Source: Macrostomum lignano
Lineage: Eukaryota
Assembly: GCA_002269645.1 (NCBI GenBank)
Contig: NIVC01000508.1
Span: 1-64,000, forward strand
Direction: 5' to 3'
Length of the DNA: 64,000 bases
The translations under genes were made by a program, and so were the position numbers. A model generated the notes under the pieces. That model did no database searches and had not been told where the DNA came from. It saw nothing but the letters and a program-made list of their open reading frames with translations. Positions 1 to 12,480 of this stretch are shown piece after piece; within the stretch, counting starts at the first letter, position 1; the number at the start of each line of letters is the position of its first letter.

Positions 1-24
1 GCAGGTCTGAAACACTTCTAGCTT

Positions 25-450
25 AGCTACACCATCTCAAAAGTACACCATAGAGCTACACCATCTCAGAGCTACACCATCTCAGAGCTACACCATCTCA
101 GAGCTACACCATCTCAGAGCTGCACCATCTCAGAGCTACACCATCTCAGAGGTACACCATCTCAGAGGTACACCATCTCAGAGCTAAACCATCTCAGAGC
201 TACACCATCTCAGAGATACACCATCTCAAAGCTGCACCATCTCAAAGGTAAACCATCTCAAAGCTACACCATCTCAAAGCTACACCATCTCAGAGCTACA
301 CCATCTCAGAGATACACCATCTCAAAGCTGCACCATCTCAAAGGTAAACCATCTCACAGCTACACCATCTCAAAGCTACACCATCTCAAAGCTACACCAT
401 CTCAAAGCTACACCCCAATCCAAAGCTATGCACCATCTCAAAGCTGCACC
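25..450. repeat. 16-bp minisatellite (CCATCTCAGAGCTACA)n in the DENND3 intron upstream of the 485 exon
   Basis: Unit read directly; about 25 copies with point variants. Confidence 0.95.
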
Positions 451-484
451 TTTCTAACCTTCCAACATTTTAATTTGCACCCAG

Positions 485-3400
485 GCGCGTGGCGATTCAC
501 TACCTGCGCAGCATGTACCACTTGGCCACTGGTCAGAATGTGCCAGCTCTGCGCGACTGTCACGAGTGCTACAGACTGGACAGTCGCCTGGTGAACAGCC
601 GGCAGTTCGCGAGATCATGCGCGGCCTGTCAGATGCCGAGCGTCAGCATTGAAAGAGGAGCTGACCAGCTGCGCCAGTTCGTTCATTCAGCTAGCGGTGG
701 CAACTTCGATTTGGACGCCGAGGACAGCTTCGAGCAGCCGGCGTCGATCATGACGGCCGCTGTGGCAGCCGCAGCTGCAGCCGCCGCCGTAGCAGGCGGA
801 GACGTCGTCGACACAATTGATTCCGGCGACGAAGCTTTAAAAGATCGGCGAAGAATTAGTCGCCAAATTCAGCTGCCAACTCCTGCATCAGCAAGACGAG
901 CTTCGGCGAGTGTCTGGCCAATCTGGGCATCAGCTTCGACGAGGAACTCCAGCGGAGGCTGTTCAACACCCTGTTGCTGCTTTCGCTGGACCAGTCTGCC
1001 GTCACCGGCACTGCTGCCAACGTTGACATCAACATCGAAGACGAGGACGGCGACCAGCTGCTGATGCCGGAGGAGAAATTCGGCGTCGATCCGGGAGTGT
1101 TCGACGCTTTCTACGAAATGTGGAGCAGCCGGGTGCGCGCCTGCTGGACGTTGATGCGCCCGAGGATGGCGCGGTGAGTCTGTTGCTGACTCCACTGTAA
1201 CAAGCTTAAGATCGAATATCAACCTTCCGTTTTTCCACCACCCGCAACTCAGTTCCTGTAGCATCATTCCAGATCCTCAGTTGCTGAGCCAGTCTCCCAG
1301 ATGCTCAGTTGCTGGGCCAGCAGATCCTCAGTTGCTGGGCCAGCAGATCCTCAGTTGCTGGGCCAGCAGATCCTCAGTTGCTGGGCCAGCAGATCCTCAG
1401 TTGCTGGGCCAGCAGATCCTCAGTTGCTGGGCCAGCCTCTCAGATCCTCAGTTGCTGGGCCAGCCTCTCAGATCCTCAGTTGCTGGGCCAGCCTCTCAGA
1501 TCCTCAGTTGCTGGGCCAGCCTCCCAGATCCTCAGTTGCTGGCCAGCCTCTCAGATCCTCAGTTGCTGGGCCAGCCTCTCAGATCCTCAGTTGCTGGGCC
1601 AGCCTCTCAGATCCTCGGTTGCTGGGCCAGCCTCCCACATCCCTAAGCAAAGCTAGTACAGCACTAACTAGCTCATGCCTCCACTATCCAATAATTCAGA
1701 TCGTCCTCAAAGCCGGCAGTCTGGTGCACGTGGAGAAGCTGGGCGCCGGTCACCTCATCCTCACGACAAGAGACTCTACCTGCGCAGTCCGCAAGGCCAC
1801 AGCGGCTCCCCTTTGTATGCCTGGCCAATCTGGCCCAGGTGTCCAAAGTTGAACGACCAACTCGGATGCTCTGGCGGCTGGCCTCAGGGTACGCGTCGCT
1901 GAGGATAACAGTGGAGAGCTCCATGCCGGCTGGGCCTGCGGAGAGGTTTGTTTACCCAGGTTTCTGACTCCCTACAGCTCAGCCCGAGTTGCATTAAACA
2001 CCTTCCAGGCCAGTCCCAGTTGTAATAAACCCCCTTAAGGCAATTCCAGTTGCATTAAACACCTTCTAGGTCAATTCCAGTTGCATTAAACACCCACCAG
2101 GTCAGTCCCAGTTGTAATAAACACCCTCTAGGTCAATTCTAGTTGCATTAAACACCCTCTATGTCAATTTCAGTTGCAATAAGCACCCTCTAGGTCAGTC
2201 TCAGTTGCATTAAACACCTTCCACGCCAGTCCCAGTTGCATTAAACACCCTCTGGGTCAATTCCAGTTGCAATAAACACCCTCTACGTCAGTCCCAGTTG
2301 CATTAAACACCTTCCACGCCAGTCCCAGTTGCATTAAACACCCTCTGGGTCGATTCCAGTTGCAATAAACACCCTCTACGTCAGTCCCAGTTGCATTAAA
2401 CACCTTCCACGCCAGTCCCAGTTGCATTAAACACCCTCTAGATCAATTCCAGTTGCATTAAACACCCACCGGTCAGTCCCAGTTGTAATGAACCCCCCTC
2501 TAGGTCAATTCTAGTTGCATTAAACACCCTCCAGGTCAGTCCTAGTTGCATTGAACACCATCCAGGTCAGTCCTGGTTGCATTAAACACCCTCTAGGTCA
2601 GTCCCAGTTGCAATAAACACCCTCTAGGTCAGTCCCAGTTGCAATAAACACCCTCCAGGTCAGTCCCAGTTGCATCAAACACCCTCCAGATCAGTCCCAG
2701 TTGCATTAAACACCCTCTAGATCAATTCCAGTTGCATTAAACACCCACCGGTCAGTCCCAGTTGTAATGAACCCCCCTCTAGGTCAATTCTAGTTGCATT
2801 AAACACCATCCAGGTCAGTCCTAGTTGCATTAAACACCATCCAGGTCAGTCCTAGTTGCATTAAACACCCTCCAGGTCAGTCCCAGTTGCTTTAAACAAC
2901 CTCCAGGCCAATTCCAGTTGCTTAAAACACCCTTTAGGCCAATTCCAGTTGCATTAAACACCCTCCAGGCCAATTCCAGTTGCATTAAACACCCTCCAGG
3001 CCAATTCCAGTTGCATTAAACACCCTCCAGGCCAATTCCAGTTGCATTAAACACCCTCCAGGCCAATTCCAGTTGCATTAAACACCCTCCAGGCCAATTC
3101 CAGTTGCATTAAACACCCTCCAGGCCAATTCCAGTTGCATTAAACACCCTCCAGGCCAATTCCAGTTGCATTAAGCGCCCCTGCAACCATTTTCAGCAAG
3201 TCACTGGATCGTCACCAGTCCGCGCACCAGCACAACAGCAGCCACACCATATGGCTGAAGGGTGATCTGCCGGCATGGTACACTGTGCTAGAAGAATATC
3301 TGGCGGCCGTGAGAGCATATCGCATAGCCAAGGACAGAACCATACTGCACAAGGCTTGCGAGAATGCCCTCATTATTGACACCCTCCTGGCACTGGCTTC

Positions 3401-5947
3401 AGTGGAGGGTAGCCAGTTTCACCGGGCTGACAAACAGCTCATGGACTGTTTTCTGTACTTTAGCAAGGGCCGCTACGATTGCAGCCTGCCCGCTAGCACC
3501 TACGACAGTCTGGTTAGCAAGTTTAATCCGGCTTTTGGCGAATCAGAGAAGGTCACCATTGTTGGCCTGTTTCCAATGAGCAATGCTGCTCAGTACAGCT
3601 ACCCAGAACCTATCTATTGCGCATTCAACACCAGCAATGTCCAAATTGGCTATTGTGGATGTTGAGGCTGGACAAATCGATTGTGTTGTAGCCAGTCCGC
3701 CAGGCAGGATTCACTGCGCGATGCAGGTCTGTGTCTGCTTCTGTGCCTACCGTCTCACCTACCCTGCCTACTGTCTCACCTACCCTGCCTACCGTCTCAT
3801 CTACCCTGCCTACTGTCTCACCTACCCTGCCTACCGTCTCATCTACCCTGCCTACTGTCTCATCTACCCTGCCTACCGTCTCACCTACCCTGCCTACTGT
3901 CTCACCTACCCTGCCTACCGTCTCATCTACCCTGCCTACTGTCTCACCTACCCTGCCTACCGTCTCATCTACCCTGCCTACTGTCTCACCTACCCTGCCT
4001 ACCGTCTCATCTACCCTGCCTACTGTCTCATCTACCCTGTCTACCGTCTCACCTACCCTGCCTACTGTCTCATCTACCCTGCTACCGTCTCACCTACCCT
4101 GCCTACCGTCTCACCTACCCTGCCTACCGTCTCATCTACCCTGCCTACTGTCTCATCTACCCTGTCTACCGTCTCACCTACCAGCTGTCTACCGTCTCAC
4201 CTACCCTGTCTACTGTCTCACCTACCAGCTTTCTACCGTCTCACCTACCCTGTCTACCGTCTTATCTACCCTGCCTACACCCTGTCTGCCGTCTCACCTA
4301 CCAGCTGTCTACCGTCTTATCTACCCTGCTTACCGTCGTCACCTACCGTGTCTATCGTCTTTTCAACCCGTCTACCGTCTCACCTACCCTGCTTACCGTC
4401 TCATCTACTATCTTATCTACAATTTTAACTTGCCTAGCATTCTGTCTACCGTTTCTTGTACTACCCTGTCTACTGTCTCATCTATTCTGTCTACCATTTC
4501 CCCTACTACAAATGTTTACTCTAATTTCTGTCTTCTCAGGTGAGCAGCGAGCCGTCGCACTTCTGGTTGGCCACCTACCATCACCAGAGCGGCAGTCAGC
4601 TGACTGTGATCTGCACCGCCCATCGTACTCATTCAACCGAGGAGCGCTTGATAGGTCACCGACATCCGGTGCTGAGCATGGTAGAAGTTAACGATCACTG
4701 CTACTCAATCAGCAGCGGATTCAGCATCGCCGACAAGCAGCCAGCCGAAATTTTAGTCTGGCACACTGCTCAAAGAAAGCTGCTAAGACGAGTAGACTGC
4801 GGACCGGGTGTCAGGCCAGTGTGCTTGAGTCCGATCACCGCTGCCCACCAATGTGCAGGCGGATGCGATATGAGCGAAGTAGTCAAACCGTTGCTGCTGT
4901 TCTGCAGTCGCAGGTTTGGACGATTAGAATTGCTTGCCTAAATACTACTACTTACTAAGTAGATTAAAAGTCCATATATGGCCCAACTCCTAAAAATCTT
5001 TAGTCCTCCAGTCACGCGGCCCTAGACAAAATTTTCTACCCCCCTCCAATGTACACCCGCTCTAGCCTAACTGCTCCAATCCTCCAGCCACGCGGCCCTA
5101 GGCAAATATTCCCCCCCCCCAATGTACACCCGCTCTAGCCTAACTGCTCCAATCCTCCAGCCACGCGGCCCTAGGCAAATATTCCCCCCCCCAATGTACA
5201 CTCGCTATAGCCCAACTGCTCCAATCCTCCAGCCACGCGGCCCTAGACAAATATTTCTACCCCTTAAATGTACATTGCTCTAGTCAAGGCACTACTGATG
5301 TGATTCGTCTACACCTGCTACCATTGATTTCCAGAGCAATCTTCAGCCTAAATGCCAGTCACAAGCCTCAACTCTTGGTCAGCTTAGAATCCGGTGGCCA
5401 TTTTGAATGCGATCGATTGTTAGCTTTAACCACTCAAGACCATCGCCTAGTGCTGGTGGCAGCCTCTGATCGAGTTGGTGAACTACGTTTCTACCCTACG
5501 GAGCTTGGCCCTAGCAACAAACCGGCTCTAACAGTTCGAGAGCCGGCTAGCCGACTAAAGCTACAGTGCCCGTCGGAGACTGGCCGCTGTCGAGGCATTG
5601 GCTCGCTGTGCCAGCTAACCGTGCCGGAAGATTCTAAAGACCCTAGCAACAAAGCTTCAGCTAAGAAATCTATGCTGCTAGTTGGCTGCAAAGAGGGCTA
5701 CATCTTTCTAGTTGAATTCGGCTTTGGGAAAGCCGACAGCCAGTGTTGCGAGGCCCGACAGCTGCTTTCGCTGCACGGCCACGCCGACGTTGTGGAGTGT
5801 CTGACCGCGCCGCCATCGCCTGGTCGGTGGTTTCTGAGCGCCGCTCGCAGTCACGATGGCTACATCGCAGTGTGGGACTCGAGGACGACGGCGAGGATTG
5901 CTAGCCTAGCGGGACTGGACGAGACGAAGGGAAAGAAGAAACAATAG
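485..5947 (+). CDS. DENND3: DENN domain-containing protein 3 homolog (Rab GEF), 3' part: exons 485-1173, 1700-1945, 3197-3726, 4540-4913, 5335-5947. The 5' exons lie left of the window. About five 1-nt frameshifts are needed to keep the frame.
   Basis: All four introns are GT..AG and phase-compatible once the frameshifts are allowed. Peptides align colinearly with the recalled DENND3 C-terminal half: IHYLRSMYHLATGQNVPALRD; SFGECLANLGISFDEELQRRLFNTL..VDPGVFDAFYEMW; PH-like IVLKAGSLVHVEKLGAGHLILT-KRLYL; WYTVLEEYLAA..KDRTILHKACENALIIDTL; KFNPAFGES; terminal WD40 HGHADVVECL..FLSAARSHDGYIAVWD. Stop TAG at 5945-5947. Confidence 0.85.
1268..1640. repeat. 23/28-bp minisatellite (AGATCCTCAGTTGCTGGGCCAGC[CTCTC])n in a DENND3 intron; same family as 54365-55340
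   Basis: Unit read directly. Confidence 0.95.
1985..3175. repeat. 31-bp minisatellite (CCAGTTGCATTAAACACCCTCCAGGCCAATT)n in a DENND3 intron
   Basis: Unit read directly; degenerate at the 5' end and homogeneous from about 2940 to 3170. Confidence 0.95.
3745..4490. repeat. 21-bp minisatellite (CTACCCTGCCTACCGTCTCAC)n in a DENND3 intron
   Basis: Unit read directly. Confidence 0.95.
5005..5280. repeat. About 72-bp tandem repeat, roughly 4 copies, in the last DENND3 intron
   Basis: AATGTACAC..CTAGCCTAACTGCTCCAATCCTCCAGCCACGCGGCCCTAG recurs at 5048, 5121 and 5193. Confidence 0.9.
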
Positions 5948-6030
5948 GGAAGAAACAAACTTCCAACTACCATTGAACACTACAAGTTTTGAAAGCGTAT
6001 TTAATGAATTTGATCCGAAATTCTAGTGAA

Positions 6031-6342
6031 GGGGGTTGTAGCCTAGTGGTCAGAGCGTCGGACTCACGACTAAAAGGTCGGGGGTTCGATTCTCGACCCC
6101 ACTCGGAACAATTTGTGTCCTTGAGCAAGACGCTTGACTCTGCATTGCTTCAGTTCACCCAGCTTTAAAATGGGTGCCAGCATTAGCTGGGGTAATTGAG
6201 GGTGCGTGTGTGGCAACCCCCCAGTCCTTGGACTGAACAGCCGTACGCAGCCTTCAGATGGGCCGCGCAATAGCTGCGGCTGAGCTGTCGGTTGCACATC
6301 TGCCGCAATTAGAGCAGGTGTAATCAATGATTATTATTTATT
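6031..6342 (+). mobile_element. tRNA-derived SINE with a CORE-like central domain (copy 1)
   Basis: A box TAGCCTAGTGG and B box GGTTCGATTC; central TGTGTCCTTGAGCAAGAC..TTCAGTTCACCCAGCT..AAAATGGG; (TTA)-rich tail; a second similar copy at 43005-43310. Confidence 0.85.
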
Positions 6343-6957
6343 GGTTAAAAAACACTGCGCTTGTTCTACTCTACTATTACTAATGACAAACCGACTAGTA
6401 AGACACTGTTGCCCAATGAAACCTGGGCGAGCCATTACATGTATGTTGCTTTTTTGCGCCAGATGAGTCATTCCAGAAATTTTTAAACGAACTTTTAATT
6501 TTGTGTCTTTTTTCGATGATTTTTTTACAAAGAAACCTTCAAGTGCAATCGATTTTTTTATGGTTGTTACACTGATTTTTACTGTACTCGTAATAGTGCA
6601 TAATCAGTTTTTGATTTTTTAGTTGGTTCCTGCAATTTATTGTTGATTTTTTAAGTATATGGTTTCAATCTTTTTTTAACTTCGACTTAACAAATATACA
6701 ATATATTGGTGCTAGAATTGCGCTTATGACAAAGTCAGTTTTTGATAATAAATTTGTGTTTATTTGTGTTTAGTTTAGTTCTTAGTTTCAGTAATAACAA
6801 ACTATTTCCTTTGTTTAAATAATTTCTAGAAGGATTCAGATTTGTCTATGGCACAATCCCAATTATCGGCATGCAAAAAGTGAATCTCTCTCTCGTAACA
6901 CGTTACGTAAAACATGGAATGACCCAGTCAGTCATACTACTTATATGCTACGCATAG

Positions 6958-9900
6958 TCAGTAGTACTTGGAGCTTGGCGGTGGCTCGCCAATATCAATG
7001 ACAATGTGAGTGTAGAGCGGCTGCATCTTGAATGAAACCAGAGAATAATTGAGACTGTTCAAGCCGTCCAAACGGTAGCGCCTGGAGCTCAGGTGCAGCA
7101 GCTTGTATCTATAAGGTTGGCATAGTGGTAAGACTGCATCATGTTTTTTACTTTGTAGAATGATTGACTACTTCTAGTAGCTTTATAGCTGTCTCTAGGA
7201 ATGCTCTTGTTCAGTGAGAATTCTAATAGTCAATAGATTATGGAGTGGAGAGAGAGGTTGAAGGGAGAGAGAGGGGCTGAGGGGAGAGAGGGCTGAGGAA
7301 AGAGAGGGGCTGAGAAAAGAGAGGGGCTGAGGAAAGAGAGGGCTGAGGAAAGAGAGGGGCTGAGGAAAGAGAGGGGCTGAGGAAAGAGAGGGGCTGAGGA
7401 AAGAGAGGGGCTGAGGAAAGAGAGGGGCTGAGAAAAGAGAGGGGCTGAGGAAAGAGAGGGCTGAGGAAAGAGAGGGGCTGAGGAAAGAGAGGGGCTGAGG
7501 AGAGAGAGGGTGAGGAGAGAGGGGTGAGAAGAGAGAGGTTGAGGAGAGAGAGGATGAGGAGAGAGGGGGTGAGAAGAGAGAGGGTGAGGAGAGAGGGGGT
7601 GAGAAGAGAGAGGGTGAGGAGAGAGAGGGTGAGGAGAGAGGAGGTGAGGAGAGAGAGGGTGAGGAGAGAGGAGGTGAGGAGAGAGAGGGTGAGGAGAGAG
7701 AGGGTGAGGAGAGAGAGGGTGAGGAGAGAGAGGGTGAGGAGATCGGAGGGGTGAGGAGATCGGAGGGGGTGAGGAGAGAGGGTGAGGAGCGAGGAGGTGA
7801 GGAGAGAGAGGGGGGTGAGGAAAGATGAAAGACACTGGGGAGAGATGAGGAGTTTATTAAATAACAAAGATTCATGTATGCCGTTTGGTCACACAATTAG
7901 TCTAAAATCTACTTTACTTGACACACCTGACTTCGGCGAGAATCTCTTTTCTGCCGTTGTGTCGAATCATTGTGTACCTGGCCAGCCTGGGGTGCGGCCG
8001 GGTCACCAGCAGCCCGACGCTGCGAATTCTGCAGTTAGGGATTTTCATAAATTGTACTATTTGATATTACTGAGCATGAGCCACGCATACTACTTAAATA
8101 AATCGTTAGAGCATAGTATAGAAAAATAGATTTTGAAAATAAAAACACTAATAAAACTTCCGATTCCAGGTTGAGATAGGCTGGATTGAGTTCAGATGAG
8201 AATTGATTCTCGAGTTGAGATGACGCTGAATGTTGAGTCGATATGAAGCTGGATTCTCGAGTTGAGATGAGGCTGAATGTTGAGTCGATATGAAGCTGGA
8301 TTCTCGAGTTGAGATGAGGCTGAATGTTGAGTCGATATGAAGCTGGATTCTCGAGTTGAGATGAGGCTGAATGTTGAGTCGATATGAAGCTGGATTCTCG
8401 AGTTGAGATGAGGCTGAATGTTGAGTCGATATGAAGCTGGATTCTCGAGTTGAGATGAGGCTGAATGTTGAGTCGATATGAAGCTGGATTCTCGAGTTGA
8501 GATGAGGCTGAATGTTGAGTCGATATGAAGCTGGATTCTCAATTTGAGATGGGGCTGGATTCTCAAGTTGAGATGTTGTTGGATTCTCAAGTTGAGATGA
8601 GGCTGGACTCTCAAGTTGAGATGTTGTTGCGGATTCTCAAGTTGAGATGTTGTTGGATTCTCAAGTTGAGATGTTGTTGGATTCTCAAGTTGAGATGTTG
8701 TTGGATTCTCAAGTTGAGATGTTGTTGGATTCTCAAGTTGAGATTTAATTGGATTCTCAAGTTGAGATTTTGCTGGATTCTCAAGTTGAGATGTTATTTG
8801 ATTCTCAAGTTGAGATTTTGCTGGATTCTCAAGTTGAGATGAAGCTGAATTCTCCAATTGGGATAAGGCTGAGCATGAGGATTCTGAGGCAATCCCACCT
8901 GGTCTCCATATCGTCGTCCTCGCCGCCCCAGCCCCAGAACAGGTTTGAGTAGCCGTTCACGCGCAGAAAGTGGCGAATTGGCATGGCGAGTACGCCGCCA
9001 ACCAGCTGCTTGTAGGGCAGGCTGCCGGGTTTGTGGGGCGGATTTCTTAGAAACAGTGTCTTATCTGTTTTAAGCGTGGGGCAATTTGTTACAAACAGCA
9101 GAGGGTTTCTTAGAAACGGAGCAGATTTCTTAGAAAGTAGGGTAAATTGGATTTTCTGGGCTAGAGTGGCGGATTTGTTAAAATGGAGGCTGTTTTCTTA
9201 GAAACGGGGGCGGATTTGTTTAGAACGGGGGCGATTAACAGGGGAGGGTTTCTTAGAAACGGGGGCGGATTTGTTTAGAACAGGGGCGATTAAAAGGGGA
9301 GGGTTTCTTAGAAACGGGGGCGGATTTGTTTAGAACGGGGGCGATTAACAGGGGGGCGTTTTTTAGAAACGGGGGCGGTTTGTTTAGAACGGGGCGATTA
9401 ACAGGGGGGCGTTTCTTAGAAACGGGGGCGGATTTGTTTAGAACGGGGGCGATTAACAGAGGAGGGTTTCTTAGAAACGGAGGCGGATTTGTTTAGAACG
9501 GGGGCGATTAACAGGGGGCGTTTCTTAGAAACGGGGGCTGATTTCTTAGAAACAGAGGTGGATTTGCTGGGCTGGAGTGGCGGATTAGTTAGAACGGAGG
9601 TTGGTTTACTAGACTCGGGGCAGATGCTTTCTCAAGGACTACTTAAGTAGACGTTACTTTTTTCGTCCTTGTGCTTTCTTAGAAAGTGGGGCGGATTTGT
9701 TAGAACGAGGCGGACGGAGTTTTAAGACTGATGGGGATGGCGGTTGCTATGGGGAATTGTGAGTTGGTCGGGGCGCGGATCCAAATGGATGCAGAAAGCG
9801 GCACTCACGAATATCCAAATTTGTCAATAGACACGCTGTTATGCCTGGGATACGCCGGGCAGCCGTAGGGAATTCTCCTATTCGCTGGGATCAAATCAAC

Positions 9901-10887
9901 GTCGTGAAAGATGACGCAGCCGAATTTTCCCAGCTTCACGCCTTCTAGGAATGCCGCGTTCATTAGCTTGGCCTTGTTGAAGGTGGCGTTGCCATGCTGA
10001 GAGTGGCGCGAGGGTTCGAGACATTGGTTGGGGGCTTTCGTATTCAGTAGAGAACAATTCCCATAGAGAGCTGAGAGAGGAGAGATAGGATAGAAGGAGA
10101 GAGAGGGATAGAGAAAAGGAGAGGGTAGAAAGAGGAGACAGGGGTTGAGAGAAGAGAGAGGGGAGAGAGGTAGAGAAAGGAGGGAGGGGTTGAGAAAAAA
10201 GAGAAGTAGAGAGAGTGAAGAGAGAAAAGAGAGAGGGGTAGAGAGAGGAGAGTGGGGGAAAGAGAGGAGAGGGGGGGAAAGAGAGGAGAGTGGGGGAAAG
10301 AGAGGAGAGTGGGGGAAAGAGAGGAGAGTGGGGGAAAGAGAGGAGAGTGGGGGAAAGAGAGGAGAGTGGGGAAAGAGAGAAGAGTGGGGAAAGAGAGGAG
10401 AGTGGGGGAAAGAGAGGAGAGAGGGGTAGAGAGAGGAGAGTGGGGGAAAGAGAGGAGAGTGGGGGAAAGAGAGGAGAGTGGGGGAAAGAGAGGAGAGTGG
10501 GGGAGAAGAGAGAGGGGAAGAGAGGAGGAAAGAGAGGGGAGAGGGATTCAGAGAGGAGAATGGGAGCAGAGGGAGACAGCCAGACACAAGGACGTCTTAA
10601 CAATCGTTGATTTTCAAGTAGTCCTCGAGCAGACAACAGCCACCACGGCCTTACCTGTTCAGCCACCACAATAGTGTAGCACAAGTTCTGCGCCTGCATG
10701 ACCGGATGCAGATGTCGCAGCAGCACCTGCAGATGCCGCAGCCGCTGCCTGTAGGGAATCAGCAGCAGGACGCAGCTCGACGGCCGGCAGTCCGCTGGTC
10801 GGTGACGGCCGCCGAATTGGGGCTGTCGAAACTCCGACCACGGCATCAACGTGGATGGTCGGGCGTTGCTAGGCAATTGTTGAGTCG
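6958..10887 (-). CDS. B4GALT: Beta-1,4-galactosyltransferase (GT7 family; B4GALT1-4/beta4GalNAcT-like), catalytic exons 10887-10655, 9996-9809, 9021-8899, 8028-7927, 7108-6958
   Basis: Phase-consistent GT..AG splicing gives GGRHRPADC..LLIPYRQRLRHL..EQHGNATFNKAKLMN..FHDVDLIP..DKFGYSLPYKQLVGGVL..VNGYSNLFWGWGGEDDDM..ARYTMIRH..DGLNSLNYSL..PLYTHIVIDIG, stop at 6958-6960. The DVD and WGWGGEDDD motifs are diagnostic of GT7. Confidence 0.95.
7245..7845. repeat. Purine-rich 15-20 bp repeat (GAGGAGAGAGAGGGT-type) in a B4GALT intron
   Basis: Unit read directly. Confidence 0.9.
8170..8850. repeat. Composite minisatellite: a 47-bp unit grading into a related 24-bp unit (GTTGAGATGTTGTTGGATTCTCAA), B4GALT intron
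   Basis: GAGTCGATATG recurs at 8235 and 8282 (period 47); the period is 24 after about 8620. Confidence 0.92.
9040..9720. repeat. About 55-bp minisatellite (TTCTTAGAAACGGGGGCGGATTTGTTTAGAACGGGGGCGATTAACAGGGG..), B4GALT intron
   Basis: Unit read directly; edges degenerate. Confidence 0.9.
10070..10580. repeat. Purine-rich about 19-bp repeat (GGGGGAAAGAGAGGAGAGT)n, B4GALT intron
   Basis: Unit read directly. Confidence 0.9.
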
Positions 10888-10929
10888 CTGGCGACGGAGT
10901 AGAGTGAAAAATACTGTGTGAAAAGTACT

Positions 10930-11680
10930 CACCCTACCAACTACCCACACCCTACCAATCTGTAGGGCTACCCACCCTACCAAATTGTAGGTCATAAAGC
11001 TACCATCCCTACCAATCTGTAGGTCATAAATCTACCATCCCTACCAATCTGTAGGTCATAAATCTACCCACCCTATTAATCTGTAGGTCATTAAGCTACC
11101 ATCCCTACCAATCTGTAGGTCATTAAGCTACCATCACTACCAATCTGTCGGTCGTAAAGCTACCATCCCTACCAATCTGTCGGTCATAAAGCTACCCACC
11201 CTACCAATCTGTCGGTCATAAGCTACCATCCCTACCAATCTGTCGGTCATAAAGCTACCCACCCTACCAATCTGTCGGTCATAAAGCTACCCACCCTACC
11301 AATCTGTCGGTCATAAAGCTACCATCCCTACCAATCTGTCGGTCATAAAGCTACCCACCCTACCAATCTGTCGGTCATAAAGCTACCCACCCTACTAATC
11401 TGTAGGTCATTAAGCTACCATCCCTACCAATCTGTCGGTCATAAAGCTACCCACCCTACCAATCTGTAGGTCATTAAGCTACCATCCCTACCAATCTGTC
11501 GGTCGTAAAGCTACCATCCCTACCAATCTGTCGGTCATAAGCTACCATCCCTACCAATCTGTCGGTCATAAAGCTACCCACCCTACCAATCTGTAGGTCA
11601 TAAAGCTACCCACCCTACCAATCTGTCGGTCATAAAGCTACCCACCCTACTAAGCTGTAGGTCATAAAGCTACCCACCCC
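10930..11680. repeat. 32-bp minisatellite (CTACCAATCTGTCGGTCATAAAGCTACCCACC)n
   Basis: Unit read directly. Confidence 0.95.
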
Positions 11681-12049
11681 AACATTCCTTGTTAGGCATT
11701 TCATTAGGGATTTTTACAAGCTTGAATTTTTTTTCAAAATCAGATCACAATAATGAAAGAAGCGATTAGCAATGTTCATGTGTGTTCAATAGCCTGTGAT
11801 AATCACTTTAAATCTGACTGATTGAACGAATTAGCCGATTATTTGGAAAGGGCTTTAAAAGGCCGACTTTTCAGATCGGAGACGGGCATACAATAATGCA
11901 GGAAGTTCCCTCACTGCATTGTCGAGTATTATTTTGCACTAGAAACATTTTAGGCTTATAAAAAGGATTTCATCACGCAAGTTTATTTTTTAGGAAGCCG
12001 ACATAGTTAATGTTTTATGGACATTTTCATTGCATCCATTTGGCCGTGG

Positions 12050-12480
12050 TGAATTCCCTCCCCACGAATTCTCCACTCCCACGAATTCTCCACCCTACGA
12101 ATTCCCTACTCCACTGATTCCCCACTTCACTAATTCTCCACCCCACTAATTCCCCACCCCACTAATTCCTCACTCACTGATTCTCCACCCCAATGATTCT
12201 ACACCCCAGTAACTCTCTACTCCACTAATTCCCCACCCCACTAATTCTCCACCCACTGATTCTCCACCCCACTAATTCCCCACCTCAGTAATTCCCCTTC
12301 TCACTAATTATCCACACCACTAATTCCCCACCCCACTAATACCCCACCCCACGTATTCCCCACCTCACCGATTCTCCACCCCACCCCACTAATTCCCCAC
12401 CCCACTAATTCCCCATCCCACTAATTCCCCACCCCACTAATTCCCCACCCCACTAATTCCCCACCCCACTAATTCCCCAG
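12050..12480. repeat. 16-bp minisatellite (CCACTAATTCCCCACC)n
   Basis: Unit read directly. Confidence 0.9.

Noticed and set aside
878-1812. Programmed ribosomal frameshifting in DENND3
   Set aside because: There are no X XXY YYZ slippery sites or evident stimulators, and five events in one mRNA is implausible.
3583-4691. Long ORFs within tandem arrays (also 7195-7896, 12941-14176, 15018-15820, 38173-39075, 45040-45723, 59694-60815 and others)
   Set aside because: They are translations of stop-free repeat units, open in several frames, and mostly lie inside introns defined by phase-consistent splice sites.
6031-6103. Functional tRNA gene (also about 43005-43075 and 23943-24015)
   Set aside because: A and B boxes are present but the cloverleaf stems pair poorly, and the head continues into a shared SINE body and tail.
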